Origin: Nitrososphaerota archaeon | GTDB lineage: Archaea; Thermoproteota; Nitrososphaeria_A; Caldarchaeales; Calditenuaceae | Assembly: GCA_033581555.1 (NCBI GenBank) | Contig: JAVQSZ010000007.1 | Coordinates: 1-64,000, forward strand | DNA length: 64,000 bases | Direction: 5' to 3' | In this document: one piece after another, positions 16,219-25,266 of the stretch | Numbering within the stretch: position 1 is the first letter of the stretch | Layout: every line of letters starts with the position of its first letter | The notes under the pieces: model-generated | What the model saw: the letters and a program-made list of their open reading frames with translations, nothing else | The model's database searches: none | What the model was told of the DNA's origin: nothing | Position numbers and translations under genes: made by a program

Positions 16219-18322
16219 TCCTCTCCGCGAGCCTCGGGCCTATGCCCGGTACGGCCTGGAGCCTCTCGACGGGCGCCTCGGCGATCTCCCTGAGGGACCT
16301 GAAGCCGTTCCTCCAGAGCTCCCTCCCCCTCACCCTTCCGACCTCGGGGATCGAGACAAGCTCCAGTATGTCGGGCTTGACGCCGTGCTTGATCCGCTCC
16401 GCCAGCTCCGCGAACCTCGAGGCGAGTCCCCTCCTCCCCGCGACCCTGAGCACTTGGCCAGCGGAGTACGCGATCCACTCTGCCCTCTCCCTCAGGACCG
16501 CGAAGTCCCCGGGCTCGATCCTCATCCTCTCGTAGATCTCCCTCTCCCTGGTCTCCTCGATCCACTCCGCGAGCGTCAAGGCGATCGCGAGGCCATCGAG
16601 GTAGAGCTCGTAGTCGTCGGGCGAGTCATCGGGGTCGGGGAGCTGAGGCAGGACTCGTCGGTTCTCCTCAGCGACCTTCGAGAGGACCGACCTGGGGACG
16701 CCGGGCACCGGGACGTCCTGCATGTCCGGGACGATCGAGACGACCGCGAGCATGGCGAGCTCCTCGGGGACGAAGTCGCCGGACGTCAGCTCCAGCGTCC
16801 TCACCGCGGTCATCGGGTCGATGTAGAGCTCCGAGACCCTCTTGCCCAATGGGGTCACTTCGATCCCCGCGCCCCTCCTGATCATCCCGTTCTCCTCGAG
16901 GAACTCGAGGACGGGCCCGACCCTGTTCCGGAGGACGCCAGGCCCGTACTGGTGCGCGAAGAAGGTCCTCCCGAGGATCCTGTGGAGCGAGGGCTCGTCG
17001 GTCGCGATCCCCGACGCCACGAGGGAGAGGACGTGCGACCTGAGGTGCCTCTCGCTGGCCAGGGCCGACCAGACCCTCTCGGGCTCGCCGAGGACGTACG
17101 CGTTCATCAGCTCCCGGGCAGCGCTGGGCGTCCTCGCGATGAGGACCGCGTAACCGACCCTGTCGTACTTCGGCCTCCCGGCCCTCCCGCAGAGCTGCTT
17201 GTACTCCATCACGCTCAGCTCATCGTACCTCCCACCACCGGCGTACTTCCGGTACTCGGGGATCACGACCGTCCTCGCGGGGAGGTTCACGCCTGCCGCC
17301 AGCGTCGTGGTCGCGCAGAGCACTCTGAGGGCCCTAGACCTGAAGGCCTCCTCGACTAAGGACCTGTGGTGGAAGCTGAGGCCCGCGTGGTGGAACGCGA
17401 CGCCCCTCGAGATGAGCGCGGCCAGCTGCTCGCTGAAGGGCGAGTCCCGGTCCTCGAGAGCCCTCGCGACGTACCGGCTCAGCTCCTCGCCGTCGCCGAG
17501 CTCGACCAGGGACCCAGCGATCCTCTTCGCGTAGGCTTCAGCCTTCCTCCTGGTCATCGCGAAGACGAGGACTTGGCCGTTGTCCCTGAGCCCCTCCCTC
17601 ACCGCAGCCAGCAGCCCGTCGCCGCCCTCCCCGACCTGCTTCGAGGTGCCGTCGGAGAAGAGGACCCTTCCATCGCTCTCGACGAGGACGCCCTCCCTCA
17701 ACGGGACCGGCCTGAAGTCGGACCTGACGAGCTCCGCGCCGAGCCATCGAGCCAACTCATCTGCGTTCCGAATCGTCGCGCTCAGGCAGAGGACCTGCGG
17801 CTCTCCGAGGACCTCGAGGAGCTTCGCGACCGTCATCTCCAGCGTCGGGCCCCTCTCCCCGTCGCCGATCATGTGGACCTCGTCGACCACTACCAGCCTG
17901 ACCTTCCCGAGCCAGGGCGCACCGTGCCTGACCAGACTGTCCGCCTTCTCGTAGGTCGCTACGATCAGGTCGCTGTCGGAGAGCCAGTCGCCCCTGTCCT
18001 CGTAGTCGCCGGACGCAGCTCTGACCCTCACCCTCATCCCAGCCTCGCCGAAGAGGCGCGAGAACTCGGCGACCTTCTCGGTCGTGAGGGCCCTGAGGGG
18101 CGTAAGGTAGAGGACCTTCCACCCCTCCGAGAGGTGCCTGTAGGCCGCGAGGAGCGCGAGGAGCGTCTTCCCGGAGGCGGTGGGCGCGGAGACGACCATG
18201 CTCTTCCCCTCCATCAGCCCACGCTCGATCGCGACTACCTGGTGGGGGTAAAGCCGCTCGACGCCCTCCGACCTGAGCGCCCTCTTCATCCCCTCGGAGA
18301 CCTGAAGGGCCTCGACTTCCAA
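16187..18322 (-). CDS. hel308: Ski2-like DNA helicase Hel308/Hjm
   Basis: APTASGKT, DEVH, LSAT, HHAGL, TLAAGVNLPA, GRAGRP, C-terminal HhH. Confidence 0.95.
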   Translation of the reverse strand: MEVEALQVSEGMKRALRSEGVERLYPHQVVAIERGLMEGKSMVVSAPTASGKTLLALLAAYRHLSEGWKVLYLTPLRALTTEKVAEFSRLFGEAGMRVRVRAASGDYEDRGDWLSDSDLIVATYEKADSLVRHGAPWLGKVRLVVVDEVHMIGDGERGPTLEMTVAKLLEVLGEPQVLCLSATIRNADELARWLGAELVRSDFRPVPLREGVLVESDGRVLFSDGTSKQVGEGGDGLLAAVREGLRDNGQVLVFAMTRRKAEAYAKRIAGSLVELGDGEELSRYVARALEDRDSPFSEQLAALISRGVAFHHAGLSFHHRSLVEEAFRSRALRVLCATTTLAAGVNLPARTVVIPEYRKYAGGGRYDELSVMEYKQLCGRAGRPKYDRVGYAVLIARTPSAARELMNAYVLGEPERVWSALASERHLRSHVLSLVASGIATDEPSLHRILGRTFFAHQYGPGVLRNRVGPVLEFLEENGMIRRGAGIEVTPLGKRVSELYIDPMTAVRTLELTSGDFVPEELAMLAVVSIVPDMQDVPVPGVPRSVLSKVAEENRRVLPQLPDPDDSPDDYELYLDGLAIALTLAEWIEETREREIYERMRIEPGDFAVLRERAEWIAYSAGQVLRVAGRRGLASRFAELAERIKHGVKPDILELVSIPEVGRVRGRELWRNGFRSLREIAEAPVERLQAVPGIGPRLAERIKAYAVAAAR

Positions 18323-18335
18323 GCCCCGAGCACCA

Positions 18336-20342
18336 TCAGGTTACCCTGTAGGTCCCGGGCTTCGGCGAGTAGATCCTGCCGTCTGAGATCATCCTGCTCA
18401 GTATCCTGTCGATCTCGGACCTGCTCAGCCCCTTCTCGGCCAGCTCCTGCCTGAGCGCGTTGTCGTCGGCGTAGCCGTGCTGCTGCTGGAGCCTCTTGAT
18501 CGCGTCCAGGACCATCGTCAGCTTCTCCCTCACGCTCAGCGGCTTCCCGGACATGATCACGTCGATGTCGGGCTTCCCGGTCTCCACGTCGATCCCCACC
18601 TCCGACAGACTCCTCTTCATCAGCCGTATCGCGACCTGCGCGTCCTCCTTCGTCACGGATTCCCTCAGGAGGGCCCTCGCCCTGGCCTCGGCGAGCCTCA
18701 CCAGCGACTCGAGCTGCCTCGCGGTGATCGCGACCGTCGAGGTCCTCTCGTAGACCGACCTCATCTGGAGGTAGAACTGCTGGATCTCCTTGGCCGCCTC
18801 TTCGGTCAGGACCGGGTTGAACTTCTTCGCGAAGGCGATGTACCTCTTCAGCGTGTCCGGGGGTATCGGGGCGGCCTCGGCAGGGGCCCTGTTCAGGTGG
18901 AGGGAGATCATGTGAGAGGAGACCCTCCTGTCGACCTCGGGGTTCGGCTCGTCCCTCAGGACGAAGATCAAGTCGAACCTGCTGAGGAGCGTCACGGGCA
19001 GGTTCACGTTCTCGTTGAAGGGCCTGTAGGGGTCGTACCTCCCGAGCTCCGGGTTCGCCGCGGCCAGTATGCTGCACCTCGCGTTCAGGGTCGCGACTAT
19101 TCCGCCCTTCGCGATGCTCACGGTCTGGTTGGCCATCACCTCGTGCATCGCGACCCTGTCCTCCGGCCTCATCTTGTCGATCTCGTCGACGACGCAGACG
19201 CCCATGTCCGCGAGGACCGTCGCGCCCGCCTCCAGCACCATCCCGCCTCCCTGCTCCCTGATCACGGCGGCCGTGAGGCCGGCGGCCGTCGAGCCCCTTC
19301 CGGTGGTGTAGACGCCCCTCGGAGCGATCTGGGCGGCGTGGAGCAGCAGCGTCGACTTCGCGGTCCCAGGGTCTCCCACGAGGAGCAAATGGACGTCGCC
19401 TCTGACCCTCACGCCGTCGGGGAAGACCTTCTGCCTCGCGCCGACCAGCGCAAGCAGTATCGCCTCCTTGATCGCCTCGTGGCCGTAGATCGAGGGGGCT
19501 ATCGAGGCGATCAGCCTCTCGTAGAACCCGGGCTCCGACGCCATCCTCTTGAACTCCTTCTCGTCCTCGGGTGAGACGGCGAGCGACTCGAGCTCCTTCC
19601 CCCTCGTCTCCAGCGAGACCGCCTCGATCCTCATCTTCAGCTGCCCGGTGGGCGCGCCTCCCCTGCTCTCCGCGACCGCCCTCACGACGCCGCAGACCGT
19701 CACCCTGTCGCCGGGCGCGGCCGTGTCGACGATGTCCTCGGTCAGCGAGACCTCGATCGTCCTGGGGAGCTGGCCGGGCGGGAGCTCCTCGGGCTTCTCC
19801 TGGAGGCCGAGCAGCTGGGAGTCGGTGTACTCGGTCTTCTCCTCGAGCCTCTCCATAGCGGGCCTCCTCTCGGCGCACCGGGGGTTCGAGCACCTAGGGG
19901 CTCCCCTCCAGCCCTCGACGTCGTACTCCCTCCCGCAGTTCCTGCACCTGTAAAAGGCCCTGACCACCACAGGCCTGACCGTCGTCGCCCTGACGACGAT
20001 CCCGTCGACCATGACGAGCCTCCCGAGGTGCGCGGACCTGATCGCCCTGACGCTGAGCGCCTCCGGGAGCCCCCTGACCCTAGCCCTGAACCGTTTCCCG
20101 AACTGCTCGGGGAACTCGATCCTGACCTGCTCGGTGAGCGCCGCGTCCAGCACCGCAAGGTGTCTGTCTGGGTGCTCGAGGAGGGCCGAAGCGAACCCCG
20201 AGTCGAAGACCGCGATGTCCGGGAAGTCCACCGGGACCGATCTCCTGTTGGAGAGGACGGCCCTCGCTATCAGGTCCCTGTACTTATCCCGCTTGAAGAG
20301 CTCGACGAGCCTCTCCTCGACCGGCTGTCCGCCCACTGCCAT
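18336..20342 (-). CDS. mcm: Replicative helicase MCM (no intein)
   Basis: Zn finger CRNC..C....C, GDPGTAKS, DEIDKM, LSRFDL, C-terminal winged helix. Confidence 0.97.
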   Translation of the reverse strand: MAVGGQPVEERLVELFKRDKYRDLIARAVLSNRRSVPVDFPDIAVFDSGFASALLEHPDRHLAVLDAALTEQVRIEFPEQFGKRFRARVRGLPEALSVRAIRSAHLGRLVMVDGIVVRATTVRPVVVRAFYRCRNCGREYDVEGWRGAPRCSNPRCAERRPAMERLEEKTEYTDSQLLGLQEKPEELPPGQLPRTIEVSLTEDIVDTAAPGDRVTVCGVVRAVAESRGGAPTGQLKMRIEAVSLETRGKELESLAVSPEDEKEFKRMASEPGFYERLIASIAPSIYGHEAIKEAILLALVGARQKVFPDGVRVRGDVHLLLVGDPGTAKSTLLLHAAQIAPRGVYTTGRGSTAAGLTAAVIREQGGGMVLEAGATVLADMGVCVVDEIDKMRPEDRVAMHEVMANQTVSIAKGGIVATLNARCSILAAANPELGRYDPYRPFNENVNLPVTLLSRFDLIFVLRDEPNPEVDRRVSSHMISLHLNRAPAEAAPIPPDTLKRYIAFAKKFNPVLTEEAAKEIQQFYLQMRSVYERTSTVAITARQLESLVRLAEARARALLRESVTKEDAQVAIRLMKRSLSEVGIDVETGKPDIDVIMSGKPLSVREKLTMVLDAIKRLQQQHGYADDNALRQELAEKGLSRSEIDRILSRMISDGRIYSPKPGTYRVT

Positions 20343-20822
20343 CTACCTCAGCACCTCCGAGACGAACTCCTCGACCAGCTCCCTTACCCTCACGTAGAGC
20401 CTCCTCTCCTCCGGCGTGAGGCTCCCCAGCCAGGTGGGCTCGGCGGCCTTCGAGGCCGCGACGCAGACCTTGACGACTCTCGCGGTGATCACGTCCCTCA
20501 GGGCCTCCTCGAACCTCCTCGCCTCCTCCCCCGAGGACTCCCTCGCCCTCCTCAGCGCGTGCCTCGCCCTCCCGTAGAAGTCCTCCCTGAGCGTGACCGG
20601 CTCGACCTGGCTCCTCGTCTCCCTGAGCGAGATCTGGCGGAGCTGCTGGACGTTCAGCTCGTCTACCACCTCTGCGACCCTCGCCCTGGCCATCGCCTCT
20701 GCGGCCCAGACCGGGACCTCGATCACCGCCCCCGACCTAAGGCCCTCGTACGTCCTGCCAGCGACCTCCAGCCTGGGCAGGTCCGATGTCAGCCTCACCC
20801 TCGCCCTCGCGAGCTCCTCCAT
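20343..20822 (-). CDS. gins23: GINS subunit Gins23 (Psf2/Psf3-like)
   Basis: B-domain first (IEVPVWAA), helical A-domain, LTPEERRLY; abuts mcm, the conserved archaeal arrangement. Confidence 0.8.
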   Translation of the reverse strand: MEELARARVRLTSDLPRLEVAGRTYEGLRSGAVIEVPVWAAEAMARARVAEVVDELNVQQLRQISLRETRSQVEPVTLREDFYGRARHALRRARESSGEEARRFEEALRDVITARVVKVCVAASKAAEPTWLGSLTPEERRLYVRVRELVEEFVSEVLR

Positions 20823-20956
20823 CCGGCCCTCGGGTGGCCAGCCCACGTAAAACGTTGTCCCCGTGGACTCCTGGCCGTAAGTGCGGGGAATACGTCGCGT
20901 CTGACGGGGTCACGTTCCGGAGGACCCTAAAATCCGGCCTCCTGGGAGATCCGTTG

Positions 20957-21044
20957 GCCGGGGTGCCCGAGCGGACCAAGGGGCAGGCCTTGAGAGCCTG
21001 TGGCCTCGCACGAGGCCGCGCGGGTTCGAATCCCGCCCCCGGCG
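20957..21044 (+). tRNA. tRNA-Ser(UGA), long variable arm, no intron
   Basis: GCCGGGG/CCCCGGC acceptor stem, CAGGC-CT-TGA-GA-GCCTG anticodon arm, GGTTCGAATCC. Confidence 0.95.
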
Positions 21045-21136
21045 TTCTGTATCGACGGACGTACCGCGATGCTCGACCGTCCGTACAGGACGGACGAGGA
21101 CGGCCTCCACCAGCCGAACCACTGGCGCAAGATTAC

Positions 21137-21146
21137 CTTATTTAGC
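21137..21146 (+). promoter_or_regulatory. Putative TATA box of the ubiquitin operon (leaderless transcript likely)
   Basis: TTATTTA about 25-30 nt upstream of ATG 21170 in an otherwise GC-rich background. Confidence 0.55.
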
Positions 21147-21169
21147 CGAGGAGAGGCGCTAGGGTAGCG

Positions 21170-21406
21170 ATGAGGGTGAGGATAGTCCCCGCAGTGGGAG
21201 GAGGGCCGCCCCTCGAGATCGACGTCCCGTCGAACACGACCGTGGGCGCGATCAAGCTGAGGGTCTGCGCGATGAAGAAGCTAAGGCCCGACGACGCGAA
21301 GCTCACCTATAAGGGCAGGGCGCTGGGGGACACTGAGACGCTGGAGTCGGCGGGTGTCGCGGAGGGGGACAAATTGGTCCTGGTCACCAGGACGGTCGGC
21401 GGGTGA
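21170..21406 (+). CDS. ubl: Eukaryote-type ubiquitin homologue, exposed C-terminal GG
   Basis: 78 aa, aligns by eye to ubiquitin (TVGAIK..., KLTYKGRAL.D.ETL...GV.EG..L.LV.R.VGG); first gene of an E2-E1 operon. Confidence 0.93.
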   Translation: MRVRIVPAVGGGPPLEIDVPSNTTVGAIKLRVCAMKKLRPDDAKLTYKGRALGDTETLESAGVAEGDKLVLVTRTVGG

Positions 21407-21410
21407 GAGG

Positions 21411-21902
21411 TTGTACAGCGAAGAGGTTGGCCTCCTCCCCGAGCACCTCTGGTACAGGAGGTTGGCCCAGGAGTACCAGCTGGTGAGGAACTACGAGCCG
21501 ACCTTCGACACGGTTAGGGGGGACCTGACCCACTATAGGGGCGTGATAGTCGGGACCGGGCTCTACGAGGGCGGGATGTTCCTCGTCGAGGTCTTCCTGG
21601 ACAGGACCTTCCCCTACACTCCCCCTAAGGTCCTATGGCTCACGAGGATCTGGCACCCGAACTTCACCGACGAGGTCCCCGCGAGGATCTGCGAGTCGAT
21701 CCTCACGAAGGACTGGTACCCGAACATCCACCTGGTCGCGGTAATCGAGGCCCTGAAGAACCTCCTCTCGAACCCGAACCCGGACGACCCGCTAAACGCT
21801 TGGGCCGCGTACGAGATGAAGAACTCCTTCCACACGTTCGTCGCTAGGGTTAGGCAGTACATCGAGCTCTATGCTGCCCCGGAGAAGGTCCTAAGGGGCT
21901 GA
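21411..21902 (+). CDS. Ubiquitin-conjugating enzyme E2
   Basis: YEGG.F, FP.TPPKV, WHPN...ICESIL (catalytic Cys), PNPDDPLN; TTG start at 21411. Confidence 0.95.
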   Translation: MYSEEVGLLPEHLWYRRLAQEYQLVRNYEPTFDTVRGDLTHYRGVIVGTGLYEGGMFLVEVFLDRTFPYTPPKVLWLTRIWHPNFTDEVPARICESILTKDWYPNIHLVAVIEALKNLLSNPNPDDPLNAWAAYEMKNSFHTFVARVRQYIELYAAPEKVLRG

Positions 21903-21905
21903 TTC

Positions 21906-23126
21906 ATGGGGACGCCGGACCTGGAGCGCTACGACAGGCAGATGCGTATCGAGGGCTGGGACCAGGAGCTCGTGATGCGCTCGACGGTCCTGATCGCGGG
22001 CGTCGGCGCCCTAGGGTGCGAGGTCGCGAAGAACCTGGCCCTGGCCGGCGTCGGGAGGTTGATACTCGTTGACAGGGACGTAGTGGAGCTGAGCAACCTG
22101 AACAGGCAGATGCTCTTCCTCGAGGAGGACGTAGGGAAGCCTAAGGCGATCGTTGCAGCCGAGAGGCTGAAGGCGCTGAACCCGCACGTGAAGGTCGAGG
22201 CCTACCACTCGGACCTGAGGGACTTGAGGGAGGATGTCTTCGCGGAGGCCGACGTCATCTGCTCTTGCCTCGACAGCTGGGGCATCAGGAGGTGGCTGAA
22301 CTCGGTCGCGGTCATGCTCTCGAAGCCCCTGGTCGACGGCGCGATGGAGGGGATGGTCGGGAACGTCCAGGTCGTGGTCCCGTTCAGGACCGCCTGCCTC
22401 GAGTGCCACAGCATGACCCTGATACCCCGGGAGGAGAGGCTCGCGGAGTGCACGCTGAGGAAGAGGACGCCGGAGGAGCTGATGAAGGAGCTGGAGGAGC
22501 AGGGGATACAGCTTCCCCTAGAGACCGTGGGGAGGCTCTTCGCCCACAACGTCAAGACCGTCTACGACATCAAGTACTCCAACCCTGCCGACTTCACCGA
22601 CCCAGTCGTCGGCTCTGTGATCGTCTCGCTGAGGGAGAGGCTCAGACCGAAGCTCCCGGCCCTCCAGAGCGTCTCGGCGGTCGTCGCGGGTATAGCCTCC
22701 ACCGAGGTACTCAAACTGATCCACAGGGGGAAGATCGGGAGGCCAAGGAGGGGCCTCTTGGTCTACGACGCTAGGTCCTGCAGGTTCACGGTCGTCCAGC
22801 TCCGCAAGGTCGAGGGCTGCGTCGTCTGTGGGGACAGCGAGACGCCACCCGTGATGGAGGTCGAGCCTGACGGCTCCGTCTCGAGACTCCGCGAGGCGAT
22901 AGCGGAGAGGTTCGGCTTCCCCGACGTCGAGGTCCTCTCCGGGGCAAGGGTCCTCCAGAACGAGGATCGGCTCTCGGACGTCCTCGGAGTGAGGGGCTCG
23001 GCGCTCGTCTACGTCGTGACCTCCAGGCGCTACTCGCCGCTACCGCTCAAGCTGGTCGCTATCGATCGGTCCGGGTCGAAAGACCCATATCCCCCGGGCG
23101 GGAAACGGGCCCGAGTGGAGGGCTGA
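21906..23126 (+). CDS. Ubiquitin-activating enzyme E1 (Uba3-like)
   Basis: RYDRQ, GVGALG, SNLNRQ, Zn CxxC pairs (CLEC, CVVC), putative catalytic Cys in ECTL, probable C-terminal ubiquitin-fold domain. Confidence 0.93.
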   Translation: MGTPDLERYDRQMRIEGWDQELVMRSTVLIAGVGALGCEVAKNLALAGVGRLILVDRDVVELSNLNRQMLFLEEDVGKPKAIVAAERLKALNPHVKVEAYHSDLRDLREDVFAEADVICSCLDSWGIRRWLNSVAVMLSKPLVDGAMEGMVGNVQVVVPFRTACLECHSMTLIPREERLAECTLRKRTPEELMKELEEQGIQLPLETVGRLFAHNVKTVYDIKYSNPADFTDPVVGSVIVSLRERLRPKLPALQSVSAVVAGIASTEVLKLIHRGKIGRPRRGLLVYDARSCRFTVVQLRKVEGCVVCGDSETPPVMEVEPDGSVSRLREAIAERFGFPDVEVLSGARVLQNEDRLSDVLGVRGSALVYVVTSRRYSPLPLKLVAIDRSGSKDPYPPGGKRARVEG

Positions 23127-23686
23127 TGGGTTACTCCGAGGAGGGCGAGAGGGCCCAGGAGCTCGCGGAGCTGAAGGCCTGGCTCGAGAGGAGGATCTCG
23201 GAGCTCCAGTCGGAACTCGAGAGGTTGAGGGCGATGGTGAGGTTCGTCGACGAGGCCCTCGCGAGGACCAGCTTCAAGAGGGCTGACACGCTGATGGCCA
23301 AGAAAGCCCCGGAGCAGCGGCCGGAGCCGGAGGCCGAGGAGAGGCCGACCCTGAGGACGGTCAGGAGCAGGTCAGGGAAGACGCTGGCTACGGTGACGTA
23401 CACCGCGAACGAGGCGAGGTTCGTCCTGAGCCCCGACGTCCAGCTCACGAGGGACCACAGGCCCTTCTCCTCCTTCCTGGTGAGGAAGGTGCTGGACGGG
23501 TTCGTCGCGCAGGACCAAGAGATGGTCAGCAAGGGCTACCTCGACCAGGACCAGGCCTTCTCCTACGAGGTGACCTACGAGGGCGACCTGGTCAAGGAGA
23601 TCGAGGTCAGGAACTACAGGAACGAGGCGAGGCTCAGGGAGATCATCAGCGCGCTCAGGTGGACCCTCGAGACGACTCCCGCCTGA
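23126..23686 (+). CDS. Hypothetical protein with N-terminal coiled coil
   Basis: 186 aa, typical codon usage, TGATG overlap with the E1 stop. Confidence 0.75.
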   Translation: MGYSEEGERAQELAELKAWLERRISELQSELERLRAMVRFVDEALARTSFKRADTLMAKKAPEQRPEPEAEERPTLRTVRSRSGKTLATVTYTANEARFVLSPDVQLTRDHRPFSSFLVRKVLDGFVAQDQEMVSKGYLDQDQAFSYEVTYEGDLVKEIEVRNYRNEARLREIISALRWTLETTPA

Positions 23687-23687
23687 G

Positions 23688-24533
23688 CTACCCGGTCGCC
23701 GGCTCCGTCCACCTGTCGCCGATCGACTCCCTCAGCGTCCTCCTCAACTTCGAGGCCACGCTCCTCGAGACCTCAACGATCTCCTCGAAGACCTCGATAG
23801 GGAGGAGGCCCGGCGTGTTCTTCTGGATCGCCGCGAGCTCGTCGTCGGTCCCCCAGCCCATCACGACCGACGTCTCCAGCGCCGCCTCCTCGATCGCGTT
23901 CGGGTCCACGATCACCCTCTCCCTCAGGACGCCCATCGTCACCGCGGTCGGGAGCTTCACCACAGGGAGCGGGACCCTCTCGCCCTCCGCCTTCGTCAGG
24001 ACTCCGTTCTTGACCTCGTACCTCGGGACGCTGGCGGTCGCGACGGCCGCCGTCGCCGCGAGGACCGCGGGGGTGAAGTAGTTGCCGTCGTAGTCGAGGA
24101 CGTAGACGTCGACGTAGACGACGCCCACCTTCTGGCCCGGGACGAAGGCCAGCTGGTCCAGCCTGAGGGCCTGGGACTCCCTGAGGCACCTGTCGACGAA
24201 CCTCGAGAGCTCGATCGCCCTCTCGTCCGGAGGGCCGGGCTCGAAGGAGGCCGAGGCGAGCGGGAGGAGCTCCGCGTTCACGGTCAGGTTTCCCTTGTCG
24301 GGCGTGTCGGGGTACGGAGAACTCAGGTCGAACTTCACACCCGCGATCACCTTGGTCCCTCCCATCGAGACCATCGCTGAGCCCTCGGCCTTCTGGACGA
24401 CGTCGACCTCGACCTTCACGGGCCTCTGCTGGTGCGGGGCCCTTCCGTCGATCCTGCGGCCGGCCGAGATCAGCTCGTAGAGCTTCTGCTGGACGATCTG
24501 GGTGGGATAGGGCTTCTCCCCGAGCCTGTACAA
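23688..24533 (-). CDS. rrp42: Exosome subunit Rrp42
   Basis: RIDGR, PYPDTPDKG, FEPGPPDE.AIELSR.VDR. Confidence 0.95.
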   Translation of the reverse strand: MYRLGEKPYPTQIVQQKLYELISAGRRIDGRAPHQQRPVKVEVDVVQKAEGSAMVSMGGTKVIAGVKFDLSSPYPDTPDKGNLTVNAELLPLASASFEPGPPDERAIELSRFVDRCLRESQALRLDQLAFVPGQKVGVVYVDVYVLDYDGNYFTPAVLAATAAVATASVPRYEVKNGVLTKAEGERVPLPVVKLPTAVTMGVLRERVIVDPNAIEEAALETSVVMGWGTDDELAAIQKNTPGLLPIEVFEEIVEVSRSVASKLRRTLRESIGDRWTEPATG

Positions 24534-24534
24534 C

Positions 24535-25266
24535 TCACTCCGGGACCTCCCCGTAGGACGCGAACCTCTTCCTGAGGGCCTTCCTCTGGAGGTCGTAAAG
24601 GACGTCGGTCCCCTTCCTCGCCAGCTGCAGCGCCTCCCTCAGCTCCTCCCTCGTGAGCCTGCCGTTGAGCTGTAGGAGCACGATCGAGTTCAGGGCAGGG
24701 GCCATCGCGACCGGCAGGTCGGCCTCGCAGTGCTTGTCCTCGTCCTCGCTCAGGTCTAGCACCAACCTCCCCGCGACCTTCCCGACCGCGACGCCCGCGA
24801 CCAGGTCGGCCATCGGCATCCCCGCGTCCGCGAGAGCGAGTGAAGCGGCTGTGAGCCCGGCCGTCCTCGTCCCAGCGTCGGCCTGGATCACCTCCACGAA
24901 GACGTCGATCACCGACCTCGGGTACTCCTCGAGGAAGACGACGCTCTCCAGTGCCTCCTTGATCACCTTCGAGAGCTCGTGCTCCCTCCTCGTCATCCCC
25001 GGCGACTTCCTCTCGGTGACGCTGAATGAGGTCATGTGGTACCTGCACTGGATGATCGCCCTGTGGGGCTGGGCCAGGTGCCTCGGGTGGGCCTCCCTCG
25101 GCCCGAAGACCGCGGCGTAAATCTTCGTCTTGCCCATCTGGATGTACGCGGAGCCCTCGGCGTTCTCGAGGACACCAGCCTCCATGTAGACGGGCCTCAT
25201 CTCGTCGGGCCTCCGTCCGTCGATCCTGGTCCCGTCCTCCCTGATCAGGGCAAGCTCGCTGGTCAC
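24535..25266 (-). CDS. rrp41: Exosome catalytic subunit Rrp41
   Basis: [30 protein letters not shown]; GTG start at 25266 overlaps the rrp4 stop. Confidence 0.95.
   Translation of the reverse strand: MTSELALIREDGTRIDGRRPDEMRPVYMEAGVLENAEGSAYIQMGKTKIYAAVFGPREAHPRHLAQPHRAIIQCRYHMTSFSVTERKSPGMTRREHELSKVIKEALESVVFLEEYPRSVIDVFVEVIQADAGTRTAGLTAASLALADAGMPMADLVAGVAVGKVAGRLVLDLSEDEDKHCEADLPVAMAPALNSIVLLQLNGRLTREELREALQLARKGTDVLYDLQRKALRKRFASYGEVPE

Noticed and set aside
18336-20342. Intein in MCM
   Set aside because: Normal length with continuous motifs.
21076-21106. Hairpin CCGTCC/GGACGG between tRNA-Ser and ubiquitin as an att site or sRNA
   Set aside because: Short stem expected by chance at this GC; no duplicated tRNA 3' end or integrase seen.
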